Assembly: GCF_036321535.1 (NCBI RefSeq)
Contig: NC_087437.1
Location: forward strand, 68,016,001 to 68,080,000
Length of the DNA stretch: 64,000 nt
Reading direction: 5' to 3'
Source: Camelus dromedarius
Taxonomy: Eukaryota
Shown here: positions 36,195 to 49,414 of the stretch, one piece after another
Position numbering within the stretch: position 1 is the first letter of the stretch
How the letters are laid out: every line of letters starts with the position of its first letter
Position numbers and translations under genes: made by a program
The notes under the pieces: generated by a model
Databases searched by the model: none
What the model saw: only the letters and a program-made list of their open reading frames with translations
Told to the model about the DNA's origin: nothing

Positions 36195-36822
36195 TTTTTT
36201 TTTTTTTTTTTTTCCTTTTAATCTGAAGTATTTTTCAGTTTACAATGTTGTGTCAATTTCTGGTGTACAGCATAGTGATTCAGTTATACATACACATATG
36301 TATGTATATTCCTTTTCATATTCTTTTTCATTATAAGCTATTACAAGATGTTGAATATAGTTCCCTGTGCTGTACAGTAGGACCTTGCTGTTTATCTATT
36401 TTATATATAGTAGTTAGTATCTGCAAATCTCAAACTCCCAATTTATCCCTCCCCACCTCCTTTTCCCCACTGGTAACTGTAAGTTTGTTTTCTATGTCTG
36501 AATCTGTTTCTGTTTTGTAAGTAAGTTTATTTGTATCTTTTTCTTTTTTTTTATTCAACATATAAGATGTATCATATGATATTTTTCTTTCCCTTTCTGG
36601 ACTACTTAACTTAGTTTGACCATCTCTAGGTCCATCCGTGTTGCTGCAAATGGCATTATTTTATTCTTTTTTATGACTGAGTAATATCCTACAACTTCTT
36701 TATCCAGTTATCTGTCAGTGGACATTTAAGTTGTTTCCATGCCTTGGCTATTATAAATAGTACTGTTATGAACAGTGGAGTGCACGTATCTTTTCAAATT
36801 AGAGTTTCCTGTGGATATATGC
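36195..36822 (-). mobile_element. 5'-truncated young L1 with degenerate target-site duplication
   Basis: Poly(T) then L1 3' UTR and ORF2 end; flanks CCCAGCTTGTTCTT (36181) and CCCAACTTGACCTT (36823) are 11/14 identical, followed by AAAG (endonuclease-type site). Confidence 0.9.
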
Positions 36823-38454
36823 CCCAACTTGACCTTAAAGAAGACTTTTCTTATGTCATGAACAGAGCCCTGGGTGACCTCTGAATGGGTATATATTTTC
36901 TTGGTAGCACTGCTTCAAGGCAAGGAGGGTTAACATTCCTGCCTGCACTGTCGGATGACCTCCCTGAGTTGGTGGGAAATCTAAGTGGGTACAAAAGTAA
37001 TTCCTACACAGGAAGACTACACACTATTTTCTCTGGTCTGTTAGCTAATGGTGCATAAACCTGGCCTGATCGAGCCACTCATTTTGATTGCGGTAACTAG
37101 AGGTCTAGAGCAACTGCATCATTTAACATCTCAGTTCCTTTTCTCTCAAACATTGGATAAGAAATAAATTGTTTTATATAATATTTCAGAGGAAATCCTA
37201 ACAGTTGGTATGAACTGTATGTCACAAAATGTAAACTAAGCAACATCTCTGTGAGGCAGATAAATAGCCTGATCTTTCTGTTCTGGCTACTGAGGCTCAG
37301 AGAGGTGAGTTGACACTTTCAAAGACACACAGGAAATAAATATCAGAACAGAAAACGGAAGCCAGCACGTAAGTTGTTATTCAGGGAGTAGCTACAATTG
37401 AACACCTTCTAAATCAAAGGATAGAATTCATATCAGATCACTAGACACTTTCAGTAGACACTGTGTGAATCACCAGATGCAAATATAGTACCATCAGAAA
37501 ACATACAGCACTTGTTGCTTGGTGGTAGAAGATGAAAATCAATCATGTGTTCTCAGAAAAAAGGACTCTAGGGAAGAAGGTCCCAACCAGTTATTTTTAG
37601 GCGGATTTGAAATTATTGACAGGAAGTCAGAGGACAGGTAAATCTTCAATTCTGGGAGAGTAGGACCGACTTGTTTCTTGACTGAGATGAGGAGTCATTT
37701 TTCACCTTCACCTGTGACACAAACTACTCATTTACTAGCTGCTAGTTTCCCCTCTCTGTATTCTGTCTGCATAGTGGCACCAGCTGACACATAGAAAAGA
37801 AAGGGAGAGAAAGAGAACAAGTTGGCAGGGAGTCGATACATTTCAGTGTTTTATTATAACAAGACTCTAGTAGCATTTAGTTGGTGAGTCTGAGCAGAGA
37901 ATGAGTATTTCTAAAGTGACTCAGTTATCAGTGGAAATGATTAAAGGCACAGGAAAAAAAAATCCATGGATTAATTAGCAGGTCAGTGGTAGTTGAGTAG
38001 CTATTACTAAATTACATGGTTTGCATACAAGAGAAAGGATTCATGGTTGATGTTTTCTAGCTTGGGTGACTTGTATGTTAGAATTCTATGTCAGTGAGAA
38101 GAGATTCCCATTGATTGGTTGATAGGTAATGAGATCAGAAAAGATAGTATCTGGACTTCCTTCAATTCTCTACACATTTAAGACTTAATCTTATTTTCTG
38201 TCAGTGATACATCCTTCTTACTACAGTTACTGACAGTGAGATTTGAAGATTCGATTAATAATAGATAAAGTAGAGCTAACAGTACTATGGAAGAAGAGAA
38301 AAATCAGTATCAGCAAAGTGAGTCAGGTGTTTGGTGCCAGCAGGGACAACAAGTTCTAGGAGAGGGAAGGGCAAATGCTGATCTATTCTTTGGAAAGCAT
38401 ACGAGTGTCTGGAACTAGGAGAGCAACAGATTGACTAAGAGGCCCGTGTTTCCT

Positions 38455-39070
38455 TAATCCATTTAACAAATATTTATGGAGACATAAATACATACATACA
38501 CACATACTTCTATGCATATGTATGTACTTTTTATATACATACTTTATATATACATACACCTTTTATATATATACACATACCATATATACATACATAGTTT
38601 TATATATATGTATATTTTATACATATATATACATATACATAAAAATTGTAGTAGCAGAAATACATAAATTAATAGCTTGATAAGTAAATGGTGCTATGAA
38701 TAAAAGAAAAAGTAGAGCCAGTTAAGGGGCTGGGAGTTGATGACAATGGTTGGGGTCAGGTGCCCATATCAAATACAGGTGGCCAGAGTAAGTCTCTTGG
38801 AAGAGTTAACATCTCAGCAAAGACTTGAAGAAGGTGAAAGAGTTGAATTATACAGACATCTCAGGGAAGACTGGTCTGATCAGAGGTGACAGCCAACTTG
38901 AATGTCCTGTAGTGTTATGTGGCTGCGAAATCAGTGGTGGAGTGAGGATGCCAGTGTAGCCGGAGTTGAATGGGCCGAACAGTGGTGGGGTGGTGATGGA
39001 GACAGTAGAAAATTAGGTCAGAAAGAAAGCAAGATTAGGTAGTATAGGTCCTGATGGGCCTCTATAAAGA
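38455..39070 (-). mobile_element. L2 3' fragment interrupted by a (TA/CA)-rich microsatellite at ~38486-38640
   Basis: CATTTAACAAATATTTATGGAG terminus; ...GCAAAGACTTGAAGAAGGTGA...CAGACATCT. Confidence 0.7.
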
Positions 39071-42000
39071 CTGAATTAAAAGGATTGAGCCACAGTTCTG
39101 GGTCCCTCTCTCCAACTCAGGGACAAAGAAGGATCAAGCCATTTATGATTGCTCAAATGAGAGATAGTATTGCAGTAACATAATGTGTGGGATTAATCAG
39201 AGGGAAAGAAGAACCTTAGGGTTTGTCCCTTAAGTACAAGGAAAAAGCAAACAATCAGAAGAGATGTTTATGCAAACGGGAAACTCCGCTCTAGGAATCC
39301 AGAGCCAACTAGATTGCACTACTGTGCATAATAATCAAACTGTCAGAGTGCTTTTGCTTTAGGTCTGCACCCAGGCAGGCAGTGCCTGGAATACTGTATC
39401 TCATTTCCAAATGACTTTTATGCCCATTAAAATGTTGTTTTCATTTCAATTAATAATGCAGCCAGTAATGCTATTATGAAATGGAACTTACTGATAGCCA
39501 TTGCTAGAAGGCAGATTGAAAGAAGTCAGGAAGTAGAAAAGGAAATAGAGGGAGAGTTTTACTGGCTAGAACTCAATATGACACAAGCAGATGGTTAAAG
39601 ATGTAATAATCAGCCATGTCACATAATCTCCTTCATTCCCATTTTGATTGAAAGGAAATGAGAGTAGAGCATGGGGGCTCAGACTGGAGCTGTCCCTTGA
39701 ATTCTTTTCAAAGGTCTAAGGCTGGAGAGGATGGTTGAGAGATGTCGTTCTGGGGGCTCTTTTGGCTCAAGTGCATACTCTTCCACAGAAATTGCCTTCA
39801 CAGTGGAAGTTTGAGCAAGCAACCAATGCCTCTTGTTTTTACTATGTGAGGACCACATGTGTATGTCCTGGCAGTTTTATTTCATTTAAGCAAAACATTA
39901 TTCTAGTGAATGTTTCTGGGCAGCATGTGCCCATTCCAAAGATATACATATATGCTGGTTTAGTTTTACCAAGAATGATTTCTCATCTTTACTAAGCATA
40001 GTTGCAGAAATAACTTGGAGCCTCTACCATAGCTCTAGTTTCAGTTCTTCCCAATTTCACATTCTTGATGATGTTGAATTTTTTGAATGAGGCTTTCAGG
40101 TTTACCAACTTTCCTTTCCTCTTTGAACTCTGGCAGGATCCATAATGTACCATTTTAGATAAAAGGAGTAACATTTCCCACTGAACCTCTTTAGATGACT
40201 AATCGGCAGTAACCAGTCACATGGTCCTAAAAGCCGCTTCCTTAGATCAGCTGACTTTTTGTTGCTACAGCCAGTGTGTTCACACGCAGTGACCTGATTG
40301 GTGGGATACTGCACAATAGGAAAGAGTAAACAATGGGTAAAGATACTTGCTATTTCCTTCCCATCCCTGCTGTAACTGGCTTCATCTCCATTTAGAATAT
40401 GAGGCCATTTGATAAAAGCTCCAGACTAAGTTTAGGAAAAGGATTCTCTTTCTTGCTGTCAGATGACCGTAGCTAATGACAGAGAGATGACTGCACTACA
40501 GTGATCTTCCTGCTGCCTCCTAAGGTTGAAAACTAGTTCCAACTTTCAGCCTTGAAATCTTATTCTCTTCTTTGGTTGTTCAAGTGAAAAATATTAGTTG
40601 TGTCAAATAAAATGGATAAACCTTCCATTAAAAGAAGTGGCTTCTTTTAGGGTACTGATATGGAAGTTTTTCTGTGGAGCCATTTTGAATAATGTGGGCA
40701 TCAATTCTTCCTGGAACCGGGAGGCTACCTTTATCCCTAAATACTGTCGCTGCCCTAAAGCCACAAGGCTAATTAAGTGAGGCAGCCATCTCATAAAATT
40801 GCAAGACTTGCTTGTAAAATTGAGGGAGAGTAGTGGCCCAGTGATGCCTGCCAGCACCCCGAGAAGAAGCAGCTCAGTAACAACGCCATCTCAGAAAACC
40901 AGTGAGCTGTAAAGTAGAGGTTGGAACATATCATATCAACTCTCTACTGGTAAGAAATCATGTGAGATGCCATAGGCCAGAGAGGGCAAGACTTTCACCT
41001 CATGGTCCTTTAAAATCACACCAGGACAAGATGGAAGGAACATGAATACAATCTGTTAGGTCAAGTGATGATTAGAGTGATTACCCACCAATAATAATCA
41101 AAATTAATAATAGTAATAATGTGGTATTGCTGGCTGTGCTTTCCTCCACACATTCCTCCTCAAAAATCTGTCTCATTAATGATTTGCTATGAATTAAAAG
41201 GCAATTGGCAATAGACGGTTAAGAGAAACTTCCAAAAATAGCACAATTGTGGGAATATTTTCAAGATTTTGTGTGAGGTGTATTTTATGAATTATGAATT
41301 TTATGAATTAAGTAAGTCATAAGTCTGTTACTTCAAAGAAATTCATTTCTTGGAATTTATTCAAAGCAAATCCTTTCTCTCCTTACTTCCCTCTGATAAA
41401 TTACCTATTGCCAACTTAAGAGAAATGACGTTTTCCTGAAAAGTTGACAAAGTACCTTACCAACACTAGCACTCTCTTAAAGTAATCACCACCATACCAT
41501 TAGGTTGAAAATAAATCATTTTGTATAACCGAATGCATTTCATTTCTAATGAAGTTCATAAAATTCAACAATATCCTTGAGTACTTATTACATGCAGGGC
41601 ATTCTGCTGTGCCCTATGGGGAATTCAAAGATAAGCAAGATATGTCCCCAGGTCTCAAGCAACACATAATCAGACAGTACACAAAACACAAATCATTTTA
41701 ATGAAAAACAATAGCCTAATTGATCTCTGGCTCCTTGAGACTGATGACATCACTAACTTCGTTTTAAGTCACTAAACAATGGCAGAATGTTGGGTCTATT
41801 GATGGCTATTTATCTAAATGATATGTTGGGAAGTAATAAGCATGATGGGCTATTTAATTACCAATCTCCTGAGCAATTTTTCCTTTTCATTTTGTATTAG
41901 TTTTCATTCTTGAATGAAAAATGCCTCTCTGCTGTCGTTTTCTTGAATGGATTATTTGGGTGCTTCAGCAAGTTTAATCCTGCCCTGGGCCGGCTGTTGT

Positions 42001-42233
42001 GTGTGAATGTGTGTGTGCGTGTTTATTAGAGCATGCTCTAATGGAAACACCTGCTTGTTCTTGATTCTCTTAATGAATTGTCTCGGCATTACTAAATGGC
42101 GCCACAAACCAATTACGATGTGCTGTGTAGGAGCCGTGCGCTGACACTGCTCTCTGAAAGTAGGCCACTTCTTTTTACAATCCTTTTGAAAATTGTGTAT
42201 ACATGTATTACACGTACTCGGCACCTAGTAATA

Positions 42234-42578
42234 CAAGTGGCCCTCCAGATCCACGAGTTCCAGATCCATGGATTCAACCAACTGCAAATCAAAAATATTT
42301 GGAAAAAATTCCAGAAAGTTTCAAAAAACAAAACTTGAATTTTCCGTGTATTGGCAACTATTTACATAGCATTTGCATTGTATTTACAATAATTTATGTA
42401 GCTCTTACATTGTATTAGGTATTATAGATAATCTAGAGATGATTTAAAGTATATGGGAGGATATGCATATGTTATATGCAAATACTATGCCATTTTGTAT
42501 AGGGGATTCAAATACCTGTGGATTTTGGTATCCACAGGAGTCCTGGAACCAGTCCCCACAGATACTGAGAAATAACTG
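42234..42578 (-). mobile_element. MER2-family (Tigger-derived) DNA transposon, full length
   Basis: TA-flanked; contains GGATTCAACCAAC, AATCTAGAGATGATTTAAAGTATA and GGATTTTGGTATCC...CCTGGAACCA, matching the reverse complement of MER2. Confidence 0.9.
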
Positions 42579-42729
42579 TACTTATATTTTAGTAGCACTT
42601 TACAGTTTACAAAGTGTTTTCACTACTAGAGCTCACTTCAGGCTGCTTCTGCACTTGTACCATTATGTAGTGATCAAGCTAGAAACGTTGATATCTTCTT
42701 TATTATTACCTCCCTTTTATACCTATATG

Positions 42730-43530
42730 CACCTTATCTCCAGATTAAGTCAGTTCTGTCATAGAAGTAATCTTCCCACTGCTCTCCATCCCCTTGTCCA
42801 CTGTCTTGGCTCAACTTGCTGGAATGTCTTGCCTGCATTAATGCTATAGCCTCTACCTGTTCTCCTGCCTCCACCTCTACATTTGCCCCATTGTATCCTC
42901 TTCTCTGTGTGCATTCAGCATGTACCAATTTCATTATAATGCTTCCCTGTTTAAAACACAGCCCTGGACCCCAATTGTTCTTAAAATAAATTCCAAAATC
43001 CTTATCCTGGCCTACCAAGCCCTATTTTGTCCAGACCTTCCTCCTTTCTAGGTTTATCTCTTTGCTACAACACTCAAAATCCTTGAAGGATTTTCATTTT
43101 GAATTGCCACTACTCAGCCATTTGAAAAACATATGTAATGGTTGAAACTAAAATAGGCCAGATTTTTTCCCCTTCTTTTTGCCTTTATGTATACTCTTCC
43201 TTCCACCTGCATATACTTCCTCTGGTTCTTTACCTGGACAGTTTCAACTCATCATTCAAATTTGAGTCTAGGCTGAAAAATTCTCTTTGGGAAGCCTTAT
43301 CTGACTATAACATCCTTCTTTCTAGTCTGAATTAGATATCCCTATTTTTAGATTGTTATCCAAATTGAACTTACTGCACAACATTTTAATCATCTCATCT
43401 TTCTCTATTCTCCTACTCTATATGAACTTCATCAAGGCCTGGGACCAGCTTATTTTGATCACAAATGTATCTCAAGTGTATGGTAAAATACCTAGTATAT
43501 AGTAAGCCTTTAATAAGTAATTGTTGAATA
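42730..43530 (+). mobile_element. L2 LINE 3' region
   Basis: CTTCCCTGTTTAAAAC...TCCAAAATCCTTATCCTGGCCTAC...ACTCATCATTCAAA...TAATAAGTAATTGTTGAAT. Confidence 0.75.
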
Positions 43531-44858
43531 GAGAATACTTAACCTTAAAAAAGAATACAATGAATAAGCTATTTTCATCATCCCATTTGGTTCTCAACAA
43601 ATGATGATGTTTCTTGCTTTTGATATCTATTACGGATATGTATGATGTCATCACTGGAGGAAGTCGGGAGAAGGATTTGTGTGACTCAATGTACAAATTT
43701 TTCATGTTCTGTGTGCGTATAGTTATTTCAAAACAAAGAGTTTGAAAAAAAATGATAATGTAGACAGGCCAAATATGGTGATTTCCATTTGAGGAAAGCA
43801 AGGGTTAGAGAGAACTGTCACTTGTACAAGATCACAGACAGACATGTAACATGGACAGTTACAAGTGGAGTCACTCAGAGCTTTTTACTTCCTCGGGATC
43901 CTCAAGTAGACCTCGCACCAAGTACCGTGTGTTGTCCTTGAAATACTTAATGTTCTAGCCCAGAACTTCTTTGTTTATTTGTGATTGTTTTTCTAACCTG
44001 AAGCTGACCAGGAAGGAAACAGGGCAACATCTTTAGGTCTCTCCCATAAAACCTAGATTCTAGAGTCACCCTAGGCAATCAGCTCCCCCTGTCTTTCTTT
44101 GGCTCTGACTTGGGTTCCCTTTATTTATCAGTTAGTTTATTGTCCCATTCCCAGATACATATTAAAATTAGCCATATCCCAGGGCATGCTATGTTAACAA
44201 TGGAAAAAAAGCAAGGCATATGATGCAGACTCTACTCTTGGGGAGCTCATATTGTTGCAGGTGGCACACAAGTGAACGGTGAACTACAGGGCAGTGCTTT
44301 AACTAGTGTTTTAGCAGGAAACACAGAGCTAGGCACACAGAAGATGCACTTTGCTTGGGCTTGAAAGAAGTATACATACTTCTTAAAGAAGGTTAATTCT
44401 AAATAGAACACTAGACATTGGACAGCCAGAGAGAGCAGTGTACGTAGACGGAATGGCAGGATGGTGGGCTGGGGTGGGAGGGGCTGAAAGGAGGGGGATC
44501 ATGAACAAAGATTCAGAGGCAGGGAAGAGCAAGATTGGGAGGTAACTCCCAAGGAGCAGATATGCCTCTAGTTCAGAGAACAGTGACTCATGCCTTTCCA
44601 TTCTGAAAAGAAGTTAAGATAGTCTCTCACTCCCCCCCCCCCTCCATGAGACACCTACAGAGCAAGATATGAAGAGAGGGTCGACCTCGTTGTTCTCCAT
44701 TGCCAAGAATAAGCATCATCTTCTCCACTGTGTCCACATGATCTTTGATACTAATGTTAAGATACTGATACTGATGGGGTGCTTTCCTGAAAAGTGAATG
44801 TGGAAAGGGGGGGAAAGTTGACAAGGGAAAAACACAACCTTTAGCTTTTACAGAATTC

Positions 44859-44911
44859 TACTAAACATTTTTTCTCCTATTTTTTCTTCTTTTTATTTTT
44901 TCTAGGTAAGT
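44859..44911 (+). other. Candidate recursive splice site (3'ss directly abutting a 5'ss)
   Basis: TACTAAAC branch-point-like motif (44859-44866), about 36-nt pyrimidine tract with no AG, then CTAG|GTAAGT at 44905/44906. Confidence 0.55.
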
Positions 44912-45029
44912 GAAACTGATTTTTGCAACAGAACTATGGTTGCTGGACTTTCGTAGCGTATGATGACTTTCTCCACTGAATATACCAGAAAGTGACATCT
45001 CAGTATCTTCCATCACCTCTATTTGATTC
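44906..45029 (+). other. Candidate RS-exon (124 nt, stop codons in all three frames)
   Basis: Bounded by the acceptor at 44905 and the TTC|GTGAGT donor at 45030. Confidence 0.4.
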
Positions 45030-46335
45030 GTGAGTCTTAATCCAGAAGTTAAATAACCAATATATAATCTAGGAATAAGAGATATTTAAATGATCCATGT
45101 CTCCATATAATGTTTAGTTGTACCTTTCTTTAAGATAAGTGAACCCTATTCAAATCTCAATTTTATGCAGAGAAGCACTGAGGGGGATATTACTTTTTTT
45201 CTAGCAATAGCCATAGTGAATTTCAATTAAAGAACATACCTCTGTAATGCATTTTTTCATTTGATTTACATTAAAAATGTTTCGAGGGAATCTTCAGGTA
45301 TGTATCTCTTTTATTGTCTGCGGTACACTTCTCTGTATTGTTGATACTTCTGTTTTTGTTCCTTTCCTCCTTAAAAGATAGTTGCAAAGATATGGAATTG
45401 ACATGATTTTTGGTGTTCTCTGGGGTCTGAAATATTAAAATTCATGGCTTCTTTCCCGTTGTATTATCCAAATCTACTTGGAGGTTGGAGTTTTAGACTG
45501 GAAGAAAATGAGTTCTTAGCAGTGCAGTGTAGGGCAGGATTTAGTTGGCAAGATGGGAGATAAATAGTAAAAAGAGGGAAAAGAATACTTGGGAGTTATT
45601 AAATATTTGAACAGTGACTGCTTCTGGAAAATTGGCAGGGGCTCTTCTTGGCCTCTGGCCTGGGCTTGTCCATTTTCTTAGCTTTTCACATTTAGCAATT
45701 CTCCAGTTCCTCATCCTGCTTTCCAAATTCAGTTTTCATTTTCTGCAGAGACCATCAGCCATGCTGTATTTGGCCATTTGCATTTACTGAGGGTATGTCC
45801 TACGTTCCAATGGACTGAATTGTGTATAGCTGGTGTGTAATTTGGTACAGGCGCCCCTACCTCTGCAGGGAAGCGACACACCTCCTTATTCATAACAATT
45901 ATCCTAGCTGGTGGAGCTCAGTGAGCCATCCCCTCTGCTCCCTTAATGGGGACAGATCTGAGGGGTTGCTGATTCCCTGTTTGAATCCTGTCATCAATAT
46001 CCATGTGTGAAATTATTAATTACGAAGCACAATAGAATGGTCTTGCAGGAAAAGACTGAACAGCTTTACTTGAAGGTCACTGTTGGAATTGGCCCTCTGT
46101 GATACATTATTACAAACTAAACATTTCATTTTGTTCCATTGTTAATTGAGTGCCTCATTCAATGGCTTACTATTATGTGTCAAAATGGGCCTTGCTATAT
46201 ATGGAAAATGTAGGATGGAAGTGTTGCTGTGCATTATGTAGCTTTTAATTTCTGAAATGGAAAGGCCCAAGGCACCTCTGTCTTAAGAAAAAAAAACAAA
46301 GATAGTTTAAATGGGTAAAATGGTAGTTACTTTCT

Positions 46336-46409
46336 GAAGATGATGATGGTGATGATGGATGATGCTGATAATGATAATGATGGTGATGGTGGTAGTGATG
46401 GTAATGATG
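46336..46409. repeat. Imperfect (GAT/GGT)n trinucleotide repeat
   Basis: Read directly; explains the His-rich ORF on the - strand. Confidence 0.9.
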
Positions 46410-46849
46410 TTCTGAGCCTGGGAATATGGATGTCATAGCTTCTTCTAGGCACTGCTTTGGTTGTGTCTTTACCATTTCTGTGCAAATGTGGACCATCACC
46501 TGACAGATCATTTATATTGCCAAATTTGGTATTCTTCACAAAAGTATTATCCAAAGTAACCATGGTTGTGTTATTAGATTATCAGTCGTAGATTCTCAGT
46601 GGAAATGATTCAGTTGTGATTTAGTAACGATCAAACCTGCTGTGTCCTAATGAAGCAGCTTTGGGGTATGATCCCTGGAATCTCAGCGGGTCTCCTGTAA
46701 GTAAGTGGGAAAAGGATGGGTCCAGAGTGAAAATGATGAGGCGCTTCCAGCATTCACTTCTCCCCTTTCTTCCAGAGAGCTGTGACTTACTTACCGAGAT
46801 TCATCTCCATTTTTTCCCGTGTTCTCACCTCCACTGTTGGCAAGGACAG

Positions 46850-47395
46850 TAATAAATAATAGCTGACATTTATCTTGTGTTTGAATGTGTCAAACACCAT
46901 CCTAAGTTTTTTACATGAGTTAATTTATTAAATCTTCACAAGTGTGTGAACTAGGTACTGTGATTGGTGTCCTTTTTTTTAGATAGGAAACTTAACCATA
47001 GACAATTTCAGTCATTTGTCCAAAATATTTGGTTTCTGAGTCTGTGTTATAAACCCCTATACATAGATTGATCACAGGATTGACTGATTTGAAATTTCCT
47101 TACCTCTTGACCCATCTACTTTGTTGATACTATTTTTATTATCAGTATAATCATTTCACTATTATTTTTAACCTCCTCCTAAGGTTTGTATGTTAGGTAA
47201 TATAAATGCCTTATCTCATTTCACTATCACAAAAAACTAAAGACTCTATTGGTATTTTCCATTTTTATAGTTGAGGAAACCCACAGTCAAAGAAGTGACA
47301 CAAGAAGTGGACAGTACAGCTAGGGAGTGGCAGTGCTTGATTTGGAGCCACACTGGTGTGACTCCGAGGCCACTCGCTTATCCACCACGTCACTG
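46850..47395 (-). mobile_element. Two tandem MIR fragments
   Basis: AATAGCTGACATTTAT...AATCTTCACAA...; and CCATTTTTATAGTTGAGGAAAC...GGATTTGGAGCC...TGACTCC. Confidence 0.7.
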
Positions 47396-49414
47396 ACCCT
47401 GTATGATAACATTGCTCAGAATATCCTTAATATGTGTTGTGACGACTCTGGTGATGTATGATGATACTGTGAGGCCTTGTGTATTTCAGGGACATGTTCT
47501 GTGTGTGGTCTCCCAGCTTGATGTGGTGTGTATCCCTTTGCAGAATAGCTCTATGACAGGGCCTGGGTCCATGTATCCAGGGCAATAATGACAACAAGCA
47601 CTAGATTTCATGTAATTTCTGACCATTCTGTTATGCTGGCAAGTGTCCAGTGGGTGAAGCACTGTTCGTTTCATTGTGTAATTTAGCAGGCCTGTGCTAA
47701 AATGTATCTGTAATTTGGATGCATCTCCGGCATCTTCTGGTTTCACTTCAACTGTCTCTCCTCTAAAACAGTCCAAATGGGAGAGTAGCAAAGATCATGT
47801 GAAAAATACTCCCATTTCCAGTATCACCCAAGATAATTTATATATCCTCATTATCTCCTCTCTTTTGATTATTTCTTCTATGTGGAAACCTTCAAAGAGG
47901 CTGAATTTGGATTCATATGCTTCCACCAAATACTATTCTTTAGTAAATATCTGTAGCCTTCTGTACTGTATCCTTTGACTACAAGTCTTTGATGCTTCTT
48001 AAAACCTGTGCTGGTCATTTACACATTTGTTGGAATGAGTTTATAAAATCATTTTCAAAGTGGGTTTGGGTCAGGTAACAGAGAGAGAGATCATGAAAGT
48101 CCTGGGTATCTGGGGACCTTTGGGAAGGCAGGGATCCTCCTGTTGGAAAGGAAAGGAGAAGAGAGAACTATGTAATGAGGTAGGAGGCATTTTCCCTACT
48201 ACACAGTTTCCCCTGGAGCTAACTATGTGTATATGGTTTCTGTCATACTTTGTCTCTTTGAGTAAGGAAGAAGGTTTCTGGTAATAATGATCTGCTTTCA
48301 GAAAGCATATGTATGATGAAATTGTCTGCCTGAGGCTACCTGTATTGATTGTTTTTGGGAAAATATGTGATGAGCTGGGAATGCATCTTGGCATTACAGT
48401 ATGCTGTCTTTTCCAAACAAGGTTTATTTTTCTCAGTTATGCTGGCTTTCTAGAGGTCAAGGTGTGGGTGGAGGTATAGCAGAACTGATAGTAAGGTAGA
48501 TGAATATATGTGTTTTCATAGTTTTAAGACTGAAAATAAACAAAAATCTTTGAACAAGAATGTAAAAGTGCTTTTAAAACTGCGTAGTAGTATGCACATA
48601 TTGGTTAGTTTCATGACTTTTAACATTTCCTCTCATATTAGAGACTGAAGGAAGTCCATAGAAACCACACTTATAATCATGTGTAGAAGTGCTCTCCCTG
48701 AATCTGGAGAAGTTTGATGTGTGGTGCTATTAAGAATTAGAAGAGAAAGAAATTCTCAGTCCTGTGTTCTTGAGGTAGAACACTGTTAAAGTGTTTACAC
48801 ATGCAAACATCTTCTGTAAAATGAATACACTGATCTAAACACAGTCAATTGAGTTTTTGAAGGATTCCTTATACATAAACTCATATACACACACTGAATT
48901 TTCCCCTAATGAAGTAATTAATACCTGAGACTGTTTTGAGGGATTATATGTTTTCTTTAATCTTCACTGATAAAATGTGTTGAATGTTCTCCAGTTAGTC
49001 AATATCCTTCAAGTTGAGATGGAGAGTTAAACCTGGTGTTCCAGAGGTCATCTGGCCAGGGCATCTCAAATTTATGCAGTGAATAAATGACTCACCAGGA
49101 ACAGATAGCAGGTATTGTGTCTGATCCCCAAAAGAGGGTGTATTTTTAAACCACACCTCAAGTTAGACTATCAGAAGCGGTAGTCTGGGTTGATAGGTAG
49201 TTGCACAATGCAGTTAGATGGCCTCCATTCATATTGGTGTAATCAGCAATTACATGACTTTGGGAAAATCACTTTACCTCTTTATTGTGAGGATTAAGAA
49301 ATGAATTCATAGAAATCACTCAGAATATTCTCTGGTCAATAGTAAGTGCTCAAGTAATATTCTTAGAATCCAGGCAGGATTCGAAATGATTCTCACATAC
49401 TTCCCAAGGTCTTT

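Noticed and set aside
16824..42160. Naming the host gene from the candidate N-terminal peptides
   Set aside because: I compared them from memory with alternative N-termini of large multi-promoter genes (DLG2, PDE4B/D, NTM/OPCML, CADM2, ANK3, KCNIP4, KALRN) and recognised no match; a BLAT search is required.
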